Positions 45,101 through 61,689 are shown, numbered from the stretch's first letter. The stretch: DNA of 64,000 nt from Eledone cirrhosa (GCA_964016885.1 OZ024741.1:414594001-414658000), one strand, 5' to 3'. A program made the numbers and translations. The notes: generated from the letters alone by a model not told the origin.

Positions 45101-48100
45101 CACACGTACTTTGGTCTGACACTCTACCGAGTATAAGACACCAGGAGACCTACATCACACGTACTTTGGTCTGACACTCTACCCAGTATAAGACACCGGG
45201 AGACCTACATCACACATACTTTGGTCTGACACTCTACCGAGTATAAGACACCAGGAGACCTACATCACACGTACTTTGGTCTGACACTCTACCGAGTATA
45301 AGACACCAGGAGACCTACATCACACGTACTTTGGTCTGACACTCTACCGATTATAACACACCAGGAGACCTACATCACACATACTTTGGTCTGACACTCT
45401 ACCGAGTATAACACACCAGGAGACCTACATCACACATACTTTGGTCTGACACTCTACCAAGTATAAGACACCAGGAGACCTACAGCACACATACTTTGGT
45501 CTGACACTCTACCAAGTACAAGACACCAGGAGACCTACATCACACATACTTTGGTCTGACACTCTACCGAGTATAACACACAGGAGACCTACAGCACACA
45601 TACTTTGGTCTGACACTCTACCGAGTATAAGACACCAGGAGACCTACATCACACATACATAGGTCTGACACTCTACCGAGTATAAGACACCAGGAGACCT
45701 ACATCACACATACATAGGTCTGACACTCTACCGAGTATAAGACACCGGGAGACCTACATCACACGTACTGTGGTCTCACACTCTACCGAGTATAAGACAC
45801 CAGGAGACCAACATCACACGTACTTTGGTCTGACACTCTACCGAGTATAAGACACCAGGAGACCTACATCACACGTACTTTGGTCTGACACTCTACCGAG
45901 TATAAGACACCAGGAGACCTACATCACACATACTTTGATCTGACACTCTACCAAGTATAACACACCAGGAGACCTACATCACACATACTTTGGTCTGACA
46001 CTCTACCGAGTATAACACACCAGGAGACCTACATCACACATACTTTGGTCTGACACTCTACCGAGTATAACACACCAGGAGACCTACATCACACATACAT
46101 AGGTCTGACACTCTACCGAGTATAACACACCAGGAGACCTACATCACACATACTTTGGTCTGACACTCTACCGAGTATAACACACCAGGAGACCTACATC
46201 ACACATACATAGGTCTGACACTCTACCGAGTATAACACACCAGGAGACCTACATCACACATACTTTGGTCTGACACTCTACCGAGTATAACACACCAGGA
46301 GACCTACATCACGCATACTTTGGTCTGACACTCTACCGAGTATAACACATCAGGAGACCTACATCACACGTACTTTGGTCTGACACTCTACCGAGTATAA
46401 GACACCAGGAGACCTACATCACACATACTTTGGTCTGACACTCTACCGCGTATGAGACACCAGGAGACCTACATCACACGTACTTTGGTCTGACACTCTA
46501 CCCAGTATAAGACACCAGGAGACCTACATCACACATACTTTGGTCTGACACTCTACCGCGTATAAGACACCAGGAGACCTACATCACACATACTTTGGTC
46601 TGACACTCTACCGAGTATAAGACACCAGGAGACCTACATCACACGTACTTTGGTCTGACACTCTACCGCGTACAAGACACCAGGAGACCTACATCACACA
46701 TACTTTGGTCTGACACTCTACCGCGTATAAGACACCAGGAGACCTACATCACACATACTTTGGTCTGACACTCTACCGAGTATAAGACACCAGGAGACCA
46801 ACATCACACATACTTTGGTCTGACACTCTACCCAGTATAAGACACCAGGAGACCTACAGCACACATACTTTGGTCTGACACTCTACCAAGTATAAGACAC
46901 CAGGAGACCAACATCACACATACTTTGGTCTGACACTCTACCGAGTATAACACACCAGGAGACCTACATCACACGTACTTTGGTCTGACACTCTACCGGG
47001 TATAAGACACCAGGAGACCTACATCACACATACATAGGTCTGACACTCTACCGAGTATAAGACACCAGGAGACCTACATCACACATACATAGGTCTGACA
47101 CTCTACCGAGTATAAGACACCAGGAGACCTACATCACACATACATAGGTCTGACACTCTACCGAGTATAAGACACCAGGAGACCTACATCACACATACTT
47201 TGGTCTTACACTCTACCAAGTATAAGACACCAGGAGACCTACATCACACGTACTTTGGTCTGACACTCTACCGAGTATAAGACACCAGGAGACCTACATC
47301 ACACGTATTTTGGTCTGACACTCTACCGAGTATAAGACACCAGGAGACCTACATCACACGTACTTTGGTCTGACACTCTACCCAGTATAAGACACCAGGA
47401 GACCTACATCACACATACTTTGGTCTGACACTCTACCGAGTATAAGACACCAGGAGACCTACATCACACATACTTTGGTCTGACACTCTACCGAGTATAA
47501 CACACCAGGAGACCTACAGCACACATACTTTGGTCTCACACTCTACCAAGTATAACACACGAGGAGACCTACATCGCACATACTTTGGTCTGACACTCTA
47601 CCGAGTATAACACACCAGGAGACCTACATCACACATACTTTGGTCTGACACTCTACCGAGTATAACACACCAGGAGGCCTACATCGCACATACTTTGGTC
47701 TGACACTCTACCGATTATAAGACACCAGGAGACCTACATAAACACATACATAGGTTTAACACACTACTGAGTATAAGACACCAGGAGACCTACATCACAC
47801 ATACATAGGTCTGACACTCTACCGAGTATAAGACACCAGGAGACCTACATCACACATACATAGGTCTGACACTCTACCGAGTATAAGACACCAGGAGACC
47901 TACATCAAACGTACTTTGGTCTCACACTCTACCGAGTATAAGACACCAGGAGACCTACATCACACATACTTTGGTCCGACACTCTACCAACTATAAGACA
48001 CTAGGAGACCTACATCACACGTACTTTGGTCTGACACTCTACCGAGTATAAGACACCAGGAGACCTACAGCACACATACTTTGATCTGACACTCTACCGA

Positions 48101-51100
48101 GTATAAGACACCAGGAGACCTACATCACACGTACTTTGGTCTGACACTCTACCGAGTATAACACACCAGGAGACCTACATCACCCATACATAGATCTGAC
48201 ACTCTACCGCGTATAAGACACCAGGAGACCTACATCACACGTACTTTGGTCTGACACTCTACCGAGTATAAGACACCAGGAGACCTACATCACACGTACT
48301 TTGGTCTGACACTCTACCCAGTATAAGACACCGGGAGACCTACATCACACGTAATTTGGTCTGACACTCTACCGAGTATAAGACACCAGGAGACCTACAT
48401 CACACGTACTTTGGTCTGACACTCTACCGAGTATAAGACACCAGGAGACCTACATCACACATACATAGGTTTAACACTCTACCGAGTATAAGACACCAGG
48501 AGACCTACATCACACATACAGAGGTTTAACACTCTACTGAGTATAAGACACCAGCAGACCTACATCACACATACTTTGGTCTGACACTCTACCGAGTATA
48601 AGACACCAGGAGACCTACATCACACATACTTTGGTCTGACACTCTACCGAGTATAAGACACCAGGAGACCTACATCACACGTACTTTGGTCTGACACTCT
48701 ACCGAATATAAGACACCAGGAGACCTACATCACACATACTTTGGTCTTACACTCTACCGAGTATAAGACACCAGGAGACCTACATCACACATACTTTCGT
48801 CTTACACTCTACCAAGTATAAGACACCAGGAGACCTACATCACACATACTTTGATCTGACACTCTACCGAGTATAAGACACCGGGAGACCTACATCACAC
48901 ATATTTTGGTCTGACACTCTACCGAGTATAAGACACCAGGAGACCTACATCACACATACATAGGTTTAACACTCTACCGAGTATAAGACACCAGGAGACC
49001 TACATCACACATACATAGGTCTAACACTCTACCGAGTATAAGACACGAGGAGACCTACATCACACATACTTTGGTCTTACACTCTACCGAGTATAAGACA
49101 CCTGGAGACCTACATCACACGTACTTTGGTCTGACACTCTACCGAGTATAACACACCAGGAGACCTACATCACACGTACTTTGGTCTGACACTCTACCGA
49201 GTATAAGACACCAGGAGACCTACATCACGCATACTTTGGTCTGACACTCTACCGCGTATAAGACACCAGGAGACCTACATCACACGTACTTTGGTCTGAC
49301 ACTCTACCGAGTATAAGACACCAGGAGACCTACATCACACGTACTTTGGTCTGACACTCTACCGAGTATAAGACACCAGAAGACCTACATCACACATACT
49401 TTGGTCTGACACTCTACCGAGTATAAGACAACAGGAGACCTTCATCACGCATACTTTGGTCTGACACTCTACCGCGTATAAGACACCAGGAGACCTACAT
49501 TACACGTACTTTGGTCTGACACTCTACCGAGTATAAGACACCAGGAGACCTACATCACACGTACTTTGGTCTGACACTCTACCCAGTATAAGACACCGGG
49601 AGACCTACATCACACATACTTTGGTCTGACACTCTACCGAGTATAAGACACCAGGAGACCTACATCACACGTACTTTGGTCTGACACTCTACCGAGTATA
49701 AGACGCCAGGAGACCTACATCACACGTACTTTGGTCTGACACTCTACCGATTATAACACACCAGGAGACCTACATCACACATACTTTGGTCTGACACTCT
49801 ACCGAGTATAACACACCAGGAGACCTACATCACACATACTTTGGTCTGACACTCTACCAAGTATAAGACACCAGGAGACCTACATCACACGTACTTTGGT
49901 CTGACACTCTACCCAGTATAAGACACCGGGAGACCTACATCACACGTAATTTGGTCTGACACTCTACCGAGTATAAGACACCAGGAGACCTACATCACAC
50001 GTACTTTGGTCTGACACTCTACCGAGTATAAGACACCAGGAGACCTACATCACACATACATAGGTTTAACACTCTACCGAGTATAAGACACCAGGAGACC
50101 TACATCACACATACAGAGGTTTAACACTCTACTGAGTATAAGACACCAGCAGACCTACATCACACATACTTTGGTCTGACACTCTACCGAGTATAAGACA
50201 CCAGGAGACCTACATCACACATACTTTGGTCTGACACTCTACCGAGTATAAGACACCAGGAGACCTACATCACACGTACTTTGGTCTGACACTCTACCGA
50301 ATATAAGACACCAGGAGACCTACATCACACATACTTTGGTCTTACACTCTACCGAGTATAAGACACCAGGAGACCTACATCACACATACTTTGGTCTTAC
50401 ACTCTACCAAGTATAAGACACCAGGAGACCTACATCACACATACTTTGATCTGACACTCTACCGAGTATAAGACACCGGGAGACCTACATCACACATATT
50501 TTGGTCTGACACTCTACCGAGTATAAGACACCAGGAGACCTACATCACACATACATAGGTTTAACACTCTACCGAGTATAAGACACCAGGAGACCTACAT
50601 CACACATACATAGGTTTAACACTCTACCGAGTATAAGACACGAGGAGACCTACATCACACATACTTTGGTCTTACACTCTACCGAGTATAAGACACCTGG
50701 AGACCTACATCACACGTACTTTGGTCTGACACTCTACCGAGTATAACACACCAGGAGACCTACATCACACGTACTTTGGTCTGACACTCTACCGAGTATA
50801 AGACACCAGGAGACCTACATCACGCATACTTTGGTCTGACACTCTACCGCGTATAAGACACCAGGAGAACTACATCACACGTACTTTGGTCTGACACTCT
50901 ACCGAGTATAAGACACCAGGAGACCTACATCACACGTACTTTGGTCTGACACTCTACCGAGTATAAGACACCAGAAGACCTACATCACACATACTTTGGT
51001 CTGACACTCTACCGAGTATAAGACAACAGGAGACCTACATCACGCATACTTTGGTCTGACACTCTACCGCGTATAAGACACCAGGAGACCTACATCACAC

Positions 51101-54100
51101 GTACTTTGGTCTGACACTCTACCGAGTATAAGACACCAGGAGACCTACATCACACGTACTTTGGTCTGACACTCTACCCAGTATAAGACACCGGGAGACC
51201 TACATCACACATACTTTGGTCTGACACTCTACCGAGTATAAGACACCAGGAGACCTACATCACACGTACTTTGGTCTGACACTCTACCGAGTATAAGACA
51301 CCAGGAGACCTACATCACACGTACTTTGGTCTGACACTCTACCGATTATAACACACCAGGAGACCTACATCACACATACTTTGGTCTGACACTCTACCGA
51401 GTATAACACACCAGGAGACCTACATCACACATACTTTGGTCTGACACTCTACCAAGTATAAGACACCAGGAGACCTACAGCACACATACTTTGGTCTGAC
51501 ACTCTACCAAGTACAAGACACCAGGAGACCTACATCACACATACTTTGGTCTGACACTCTACCGAGTATAACACACAGGAGACCTACAGCACACATACTT
51601 TGGTCTGACACTCTACCGAGTATAAGACACCAGGAGACCTACATCACACATACATAGGTCTGACACTCTACCGAGTATAAGACACCAGGAGACCTACATC
51701 ACACATACATAGGTCTGACACTCTACCGAGTATAAGACACCGGGAGACCTACATCACACGTACTGTGGTCTCACACTCTACCGAGTATAAGACACCAGGA
51801 GACCAACATCACACGTACTTTGGTCTGACACTCTACCGAGTATAAGACACCAGGAGACCTACATCACACGTACTTTGGTCTGACACTCTACCGAGTATAA
51901 GACACCAGGAGACCTACATCACACATACTTTGATCTGACACTCTACCAAGTATAACACACCAGGAGACCTACATCACACATACTTTGGTCTGACACTCTA
52001 CCGAGTATAACACACCAGGAGACCTACATCACACATACTTTGGTCTGACACTCTACCGAGTATAACACACCAGGAGACCTACATCACACATACATAGGTC
52101 TGACACTCTACCGAGTATAACACACCAGGAGACCTACATCACACATACTTTGGTCTGACACTCTACCGAGTATAACACACCAGGAGACCTACATCACACA
52201 TACATAGGTCTGACACTCTACCGAGTATAACACACCAGGAGACCTACATCACACATACTTTGGTCTGACACTCTACCGAGTATAACACACCAGGAGACCT
52301 ACATCACACATACTTTGGTCTGACACTCTACCGAGTATAACACATCAGGAGACCTACATCACACGTACTTTGGTCTGACACTCTACCGAGTATAAGACAC
52401 CAGGAGACCTACATCACACATACTTTGGTCTGACACTCTACCGCGTATGAGACACCAGGAGACCTACATCACACGTACTTTGGTCTGACACTCTACCCAG
52501 TATAAGACACCAGGAGACCTACATCACACATACTTTGGTCTGACACTCTACCGCGTATAAGACACCAGGAGACCTACATCACACATACTTTGGTCTGACA
52601 CTCTACCGAGTATAAGACACCAGGAGACCTACATCACACGTACTTTGGTCTGACACTCTACCGCGTACAAGACACCAGGAGACCTACATCACACATACTT
52701 TGGTCTGACACTCTACCGCGTATAAGACACCAGGAGACCTACATCACACATACTTTGGTCTGACACTCTACCGAGTATAAGACACCAGGAGACCAACATC
52801 ACACATACTTTGGTCTGACACTCTACCCAGTATAAGACACCAGGAGACCTACAGCACACATACTTTGGTCTGACACTCTACCAAGTATAAGACACCAGGA
52901 GACCAACATCACACATACTTTGGTCTGACACTCTACCGAGTATAACACACCAGGAGACCTACATCACACGTACTTTGGTCTGACACTCTACCGAGTATAA
53001 GACACCAGGAGACCTACATCACACATACATAGGTCTGACACTCTACCGAGTATAAGACACCAGGAGACCTACATCACACATACATAGGTCTGACACTCTA
53101 CCGAGTATAAGACACCAGGAGACCTACATCACACATACATAGGTCTGACACTCTACCGAGTATAAGACACCAGGAGACCTACATCACACATACTTTGGTC
53201 TTACACTCTACCAAGTATAAGACACCAGGAGACCTACATCACACGTACTTTGGTCTGACACTCTACCGAGTATAAGACACCAGGAGACCTACATCACACG
53301 TATTTTGGTCTGACACTCTACCGAGTATAAGACACCAGGAGACCTACATCACACGTACTTTGGTCTGACACTCTACCCAGTATAAGACACCAGGAGACCT
53401 ACATCACACATACTTTGGTCTGACACTCTACCGAGTATAACACACCAGGAGACCTACATCACACATACTTTGGTCTGACACTCTACCGAGTATAACACAC
53501 CAGGAGACCTACAGCACACATACTTTGGTCTCACACTCTACCAAGTATAACACACGAGGAGACCTACATCGCACATACTTTGGTCTGACACTCTACCGAG
53601 TATAAGACACCAGGAGACCTACATCACACGTATTTTGGTCTGACACTCTACCGAGTATAAGACACCAGGAGACCTACATCACACGTACTTTGGTCTGACA
53701 CTCTACCCAGTATAAGACACCAGGAGACCTACATCACACATACTTTGGTCTCACACTCTACCAAGTATAACACACGAGGAGACCTACATCGCACATACTT
53801 TGGTCTGACACTCTACCGAGTATAACACACCAGGAGACCTACATCACACATACTTTGGTCTGACACTCTACCGAGTATAACACACCAGGAGGCCTACATC
53901 GCACATACTTTGGTCTGACACTCTACCGATTATAAGACACCAGGAGACCTACATAAACACATACATAGGTTTAACACACTACTGAGTATAAGACACCAGG
54001 AGACCTACATCACACATACATAGGTCTGACACTCTACCGAGTATAAGACACCAGGAGACCTACATCACACATACATAGGTCTGACACTCTACCGAGTATA

Positions 54101-57100
54101 AGACACCAGGAGACCTACATCAAACGTACTTTGGTCTCACACTCTACCGAGTATAAGACACCAGGAGACCTACATCACACATACTTTGGTCCGACACTCT
54201 ACCGACTATAAGACACTAGGAGACCTACATCACACGTACTTTGGTCTGACACTCTACCGAGTATAAGACACCAGGAGACCTACAGCACACATACTTTGAT
54301 CTGACACTCTACCGAGTATAAGACACCAGGAGACCTACATCACACGTACTTTGGTCTGACACTCTACCGAGTATAACACACCAGGAGACCTACATCACCC
54401 ATACATAGATCTGACACTCTACCGCGTATAAGACACCAGGAGACCTACATCACACGTACTTTGGTCTGACACTCTACCGAGTATAAGACACCAGGAGACC
54501 TACATCACACGTACTTTGGTCTGACACTCTACCCAGTATAAGACACCGGGAGACCTACATCACACGTAATTTGGTCTGACACTCTACCGAGTATAAGACA
54601 CCAGGAGACCTACATCACACGTACTTTGGTCTGACACTCTACCGAGTATAAGACACCAGGAGACCTACATCACACATACATAGGTTTAACACTCTACCGA
54701 GTATAAGACACCAGGAGACCTACATCACACATACAGAGGTTTAACACTCTACTGAGTATAAGACACCAGCAGACCTACATCACACATACTTTGGTCTGAC
54801 ACTCTACCGAGTATAAGACACCAGGAGACCTACATCACACATACTTTGGTCTGACACTCTACCGAGTATAAGACACCAGGAGACCTACATCACACGTACT
54901 TTGGTCTGACACTCTACCGAATATAAGACACCAGGAGACCTACATCACACATACTTTGGTCTTACACTCTACCGAGTATAAGACACCAGGAGACCTACAT
55001 CACACATACTTTGGTCTTACACTCTACCAAGTATAAGACACCAGGAGACCTACATCACACATACTTTGATCTGACACTCTACCGAGTATAAGACACCGGG
55101 AGACCTACATCACACATATTTTGGTCTGACACTCTACCGAGTATAAGACACCAGGAGACCTACATCACACATACATAGGTTTAACACTCTACCGAGTATA
55201 AGACACCAGGAGACCTACATCACACATACATAGGTCTAACACTCTACCGAGTATAAGACACGAGGAGACCTACATCACACATACTTTGGTCTTACACTCT
55301 ACCGAGTATAAGACACCTGGAGACCTACATCACACGTACTTTGGTCTGACACTCTACCGAGTATAACACACCAGGAGACCTACATCACACGTACTTTGGT
55401 CTGACACTCTACCGAGTATAAGACACCAGGAGACCTACATCACGCATACTTTGGTCTGACACTCTACCGCGTATAAGACACCAGGAGACCTACATCACAC
55501 GTACTTTGGTCTGACACTCTACCGAGTATAAGACACCAGGAGACCTACATCACACGTACTTTGGTCTGACACTCTACCGAGTATAAGACACCAGAAGACC
55601 TACATCACACATACTTTGGTCTGACACTCTACCGAGTATAAGACAACAGGAGACCTTCATCACGCATACTTTGGTCTGACACTCTACCGCGTATAAGACA
55701 CCAGGAGACCTACATTACACGTACTTTGGTCTGACACTCTACCGAGTATAAGACACCAGGAGACCTACATCACACGTACTTTGGTCTGACACTCTACCCA
55801 GTATAAGACACCAGGAGACCTACATCACACATACTTTGGTCTTACACTCTACCGAGTATAAGACACCAGGAGACCTACATCACACATACTTTGGTCTTAC
55901 ACTCTACCAAGTATAAGACACCAGGAGACCTACATCACACATACTTTGATCTGACACTCTACCGAGTATAAGACACCGGGAGACCTACATCACACATATT
56001 TTGGTCTGACACTCTACCGAGTATAAGACACCAGGAGACCTACATCACACATACATAGGTTTAACACTCTACCGAGTATAAGACACCAGGAGACCTACAT
56101 CACACATACATAGGTTTAACACTCTACCGAGTATAAGACACGAGGAGACCTACATCACACATACTTTGGTCTTACACTCTACCGAGTATAAGACACCTGG
56201 AGACCTACATCACACGTACTTTGGTCTGACACTCTACCGAGTATAACACACCAGGAGACCTACATCACACGTACTTTGGTCTGACACTCTACCGAGTATA
56301 AGACACCAGGAGACCTACATCACGCATACTTTGGTCTGACACTCTACCGCGTATAAGACACCAGGAGAACTACATCACACGTACTTTGGTCTGACACTCT
56401 ACCGAGTATAAGACACCAGGAGACCTACATCACACGTACTTTGGTCTGACACTCTACCGAGTATAAGACACCAGAAGACCTACATCACACATACTTTGGT
56501 CTGACACTCTACCGAGTATAAGACAACAGGAGACCTACATCACGCATACTTTGGTCTGACACTCTACCGCGTATAAGACACCAGGAGACCTACATCACAC
56601 GTACTTTGGTCTGACACTCTACCGAGTATAAGACACCAGGAGACCTACATCACACGTACTTTGGTCTGACACTCTACCCAGTATAAGACACCGGGAGACC
56701 TACATCACACATACTTTGGTCTGACACTCTACCGAGTATAAGACACCAGGAGACCTACATCACACGTACTTTGGTCTGACACTCTACCGAGTATAAGACA
56801 CCAGGAGACCTACATCACACGTACTTTGGTCTGACACTCTACCGATTATAACACACCAGGAGACCTACATCACACATACTTTGGTCTGACACTCTACCGA
56901 GTATAACACACCAGGAGACCTACATCACACATACTTTGGTCTGACACTCTACCAAGTATAAGACACCAGGAGACCTACAGCACACATACTTTGGTCTGAC
57001 ACTCTACCAAGTACAAGACACCAGGAGACCTACATCACACATACTTTGGTCTGACACTCTACCGAGTATAACACACAGGAGACCTACAGCACACATACTT

Positions 57101-60100
57101 TGGTCTGACACTCTACCGAGTATAAGACACCAGGAGACCTACATCACACATACATAGGTCTGACACTCTACCGAGTATAAGACACCAGGAGACCTACATC
57201 ACACATACATAGGTCTGACACTCTACCGAGTATAAGACACCGGGAGACCTACATCACACGTACTGTGGTCTCACACTCTACCGAGTATAAGACACCAGGA
57301 GACCAACATCACACGTACTTTGGTCTGACACTCTACCGAGTATAAGACACCAGGAGACCTACATCACACGTACTTTGGTCTGACACTCTACCGAGTATAA
57401 GACACCAGGAGACCTACATCACACATACTTTGATCTGACACTCTACCAAGTATAACACACCAGGAGACCTACATCACACATACTTTGGTCTGACACTCTA
57501 CCGAGTATAACACACCAGGAGACCTACATCACACATACTTTGGTCTGACACTCTACCGAGTATAACACACCAGGAGACCTACATCACACATACATAGGTC
57601 TGACACTCTACCGAGTATAACACACCAGGAGACCTACATCACACATACTTTGGTCTGACACTCTACCGAGTATAACACACCAGGAGACCTACATCACACA
57701 TACATAGGTCTGACACTCTACCGAGTATAACACACCAGGAGACCTACATCACACATACTTTGGTCTGACACTCTACCGAGTATAACACACCAGGAGACCT
57801 ACATCACACATACTTTGGTCTGACACTCTACCGAGTATAACACATCAGGAGACCTACATCACACGTACTTTGGTCTGACACTCTACCGAGTATAAGACAC
57901 CAGGAGACCTACATCACACATACTTTGGTCTGACACTCTACCGCGTATGAGACACCAGGAGACCTACATCACACGTACTTTGGTCTGACACTCTACCCAG
58001 TATAAGACACCAGGAGACCTACATCACACATACTTTGGTCTGACACTCTACCGCGTATAAGACACCAGGAGACCTACATCACACATACTTTGGTCTGACA
58101 CTCTACCGAGTATAAGACACCAGGAGACCTACATCACACGTACTTTGGTCTGACACTCTACCGCGTACAAGACACCAGGAGACCTACATCACACATACTT
58201 TGGTCTGACACTCTACCGCGTATAAGACACCAGGAGACCTACATCACACATACTTTGGTCTGACACTCTACCGAGTATAAGACACCAGGAGACCAACATC
58301 ACACATACTTTGGTCTGACACTCTACCCAGTATAAGACACCAGGAGACCTACAGCACACATACTTTGGTCTGACACTCTACCAAGTATAAGACACCAGGA
58401 GACCAACATCACACATACTTTGGTCTGACACTCTACCGAGTATAACACACCAGGAGACCTACATCACACGTACTTTGGTCTGACACTCTACCGAGTATAA
58501 GACACCAGGAGACCTACATCACACATACATAGGTCTGACACTCTACCGAGTATAAGACACCAGGAGACCTACATCACACATACATAGGTCTGACACTCTA
58601 CCGAGTATAAGACACCAGGAGACCTACATCACACATACATAGGTCTGACACTCTACCGAGTATAAGACACCAGGAGACCTACATCACACATACTTTGGTC
58701 TTACACTCTACCAAGTATAAGACACCAGGAGACCTACATCACACGTACTTTGGTCTGACACTCTACCGAGTATAAGACACCAGGAGACCTACATCACACG
58801 TATTTTGGTCTGACACTCTACCGAGTATAAGACACCAGGAGACCTACATCACACGTACTTTGGTCTGACACTCTACCCAGTATAAGACACCAGGAGACCT
58901 ACATCACACATACTTTGGTCTGACACTCTACCGAGTATAACACACCAGGAGACCTACATCACACATACTTTGGTCTGACACTCTACCGAGTATAACACAC
59001 CAGGAGACCTACAGCACACATACTTTGGTCTCACACTCTACCAAGTATAACACACGAGGAGACCTACATCGCACATACTTTGGTCTGACACTCTACCGAG
59101 TATAACACACCAGGAGACCTACATCACACATACTTTGGTCTGACACTCTACCGAGTATAACACACCAGGAGGCCTACATCGCACATACTTTGGTCTGACA
59201 CTCTACCGATTATAAGACACCAGGAGACCTACATAAACACATACATAGGTTTAACACACTACTGAGTATAAGACACCAGGAGACCTACATCACACATACA
59301 TAGGTCTGACACTCTACCGAGTATAAGACACCAGGAGACCTACATCACACATACATAGGTCTGACACTCTACCGAGTATAAGACACCAGGAGACCTACAT
59401 CAAACGTACTTTGGTCTCACACTCTACCGAGTATAAGACACCAGGAGACCTACATCACACATACTTTGGTCCGACACTCTACCGACTATAAGACACTAGG
59501 AGACCTACATCACACGTACTTTGGTCTGACACTCTACCGAGTATAAGACACCAGGAGACCTACAGCACACATACTTTGATCTGACACTCTACCGAGTATA
59601 AGACACCAGGAGACCTACATCACACGTACTTTGGTCTGACACTCTACCGAGTATAACACACCAGGAGACCTACATCACCCATACATAGATCTGACACTCT
59701 ACCGCGTATAAGACACCAGGAGACCTACATCACACGTACTTTGGTCTGACACTCTACCGAGTATAAGACACCAGGAGACCTACATCACACGTACTTTGGT
59801 CTGACACTCTACCCAGTATAAGACACCGGGAGACCTACATCACACGTAATTTGGTCTGACACTCTACCGAGTATAAGACACCAGGAGACCTACATCACCC
59901 GTACTTTGGTCTGACACTCTACCGAGTATAAGACACCAGGAGACCTACATCACACATACATAGGTTTAACACTCTACCGAGTATAAGACACCAGGAGACC
60001 TACATCACACATACAGAGGTTTAACACTCTACTGAGTATAAGACACCAGCAGACCTACATCACACATACTTTGGTCTGACACTCTACCGAGTATAAGACA

Positions 60101-61500
60101 CCAGGAGACCTACATCACACATACTTTGGTCTGACACTCTACCGAGTATAAGACACCAGGAGACCTACATCACACGTACTTTGGTCTGACACTCTACCGA
60201 ATATAAGACACCAGGAGACCTACATCACACATACTTTGGTCTTACACTCTACCTAGTATAAGACACCAGGAGACCTACATCACACATACTTTGGTCTTAC
60301 ACTCTACCAAGTATAAGACACCAGGAGACCTACATCACACATACTTTGATCTGACACTCTACCGAGTATAAGACACCGGGAGACCTACATCACACATATT
60401 TTGGTCTGACACTCTACCGAGTATAAGACACCAGGAGACCTACATCACACATACATAGGTTTAACACTCTACCGAGTATAAGACACCAGGAGACCTACAT
60501 CACACATACATAGGTCTAACACTCTACCGAGTATAAGACACGAGGAGACCTACATCACACATACTTTGGTCTTACACTCTACCGAGTATAAGACACCTGG
60601 AGACCTACATCACACGTACTTTGGTCTGACACTCTACCGAGTATAACACACCAGGAGACCTACATCACACGTACTTTGGTCTGACACTCTACCGAGTATA
60701 AGACACCAGGAGACCTACATCACGCATACTTTGGTCTGACACTCTACCGCGTATAAGACACCAGGAGACCTACATCACACGTACTTTGGTCTGACACTCT
60801 ACCGAGTATAAGACACCAGGAGACCTACATCACACGTACTTTGGTCTGACACTCTACCGAGTATAAGACACCAGAAGACCTACATCACACATACTTTGGT
60901 CTGACACTCTACCGAGTATAAGACAACAGGAGACCTTCATCACGCATACTTTGGTCTGACACTCTACCGCGTATAAGACACCAGGAGACCTACATTACAC
61001 GTACTTTGGTCTGACACTCTACCGAGTATAAGACACCAGGAGACCTACATCACACGTACTTTGGTCTGACACTCTACCCAGTATAAGACACCGGGAGACC
61101 TACATCACACATACTTTGGTCTGACACTCTACCGAGTATAAGACACCAGGAGACCTACATCACACGTACTTTGGTCTGACACTCTACCGAGTATAAGACG
61201 CCAGGAGACCTACATCACACGTACTTTGGTCTGACACTCTACCGATTATAACACACCAGGAGACCTACATCACACATACTTTGGTCTGACACTCTACCGA
61301 GTATAACACACCAGGAGACCTACATCACACATACTTTGGTCTGACACTCTACCAAGTATAAGACACCAGGAGACCTACAGCACACATACTTTGGTCTGAC
61401 ACTCTACCAAGTACAAGACACCAGGAGACCTACATCACACATACTTTGGTCTGACACTCTACCGAGTATAACACACAGGAGACCTACATCACACATACAT
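36151..61500. repeat. Sub-domain B of the array
   Basis: Variants seen only after ~36.1 kb: CATAAACAC (+1 bp; 37893, 43337, 47737, 53952, 59232), CACGCATAC, CCAGCAGAC, GGTCCGAC, CATCAAACG, CCAGAAGAC, CCGATTAT and ACACACAGG (-1 bp; 45576, 51571, 57071, 61471). Confidence 0.85.
43000..61500. repeat. Domain B HOR with an 80-monomer (4400 bp) base unit, ~3.5 copies carrying internal duplications
   Basis: CATAAACAC spacings are 4400, 6215 and 5280 (80, 113, 96 monomers). ACACACAGG spacings are 5995, 5500 and 4400. CCAGCAGAC occurs at 44151 and 48551. Confidence 0.85.
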
Positions 61501-61689
61501 AGGTCTGACACTCTACCGAGTATAAGACACCAGGAGACCTACATCACACGTACTTTGGTCTGACACTCTACCGAGTATAAGACACCAGGAGACCTACATC
61601 ACACGTACTTTGGTCTGACACTCTACCAAGTATAAGCCACCAGGAGACCTACATCACACATACTTTGGTCTGACACTTTACCGAGTATA

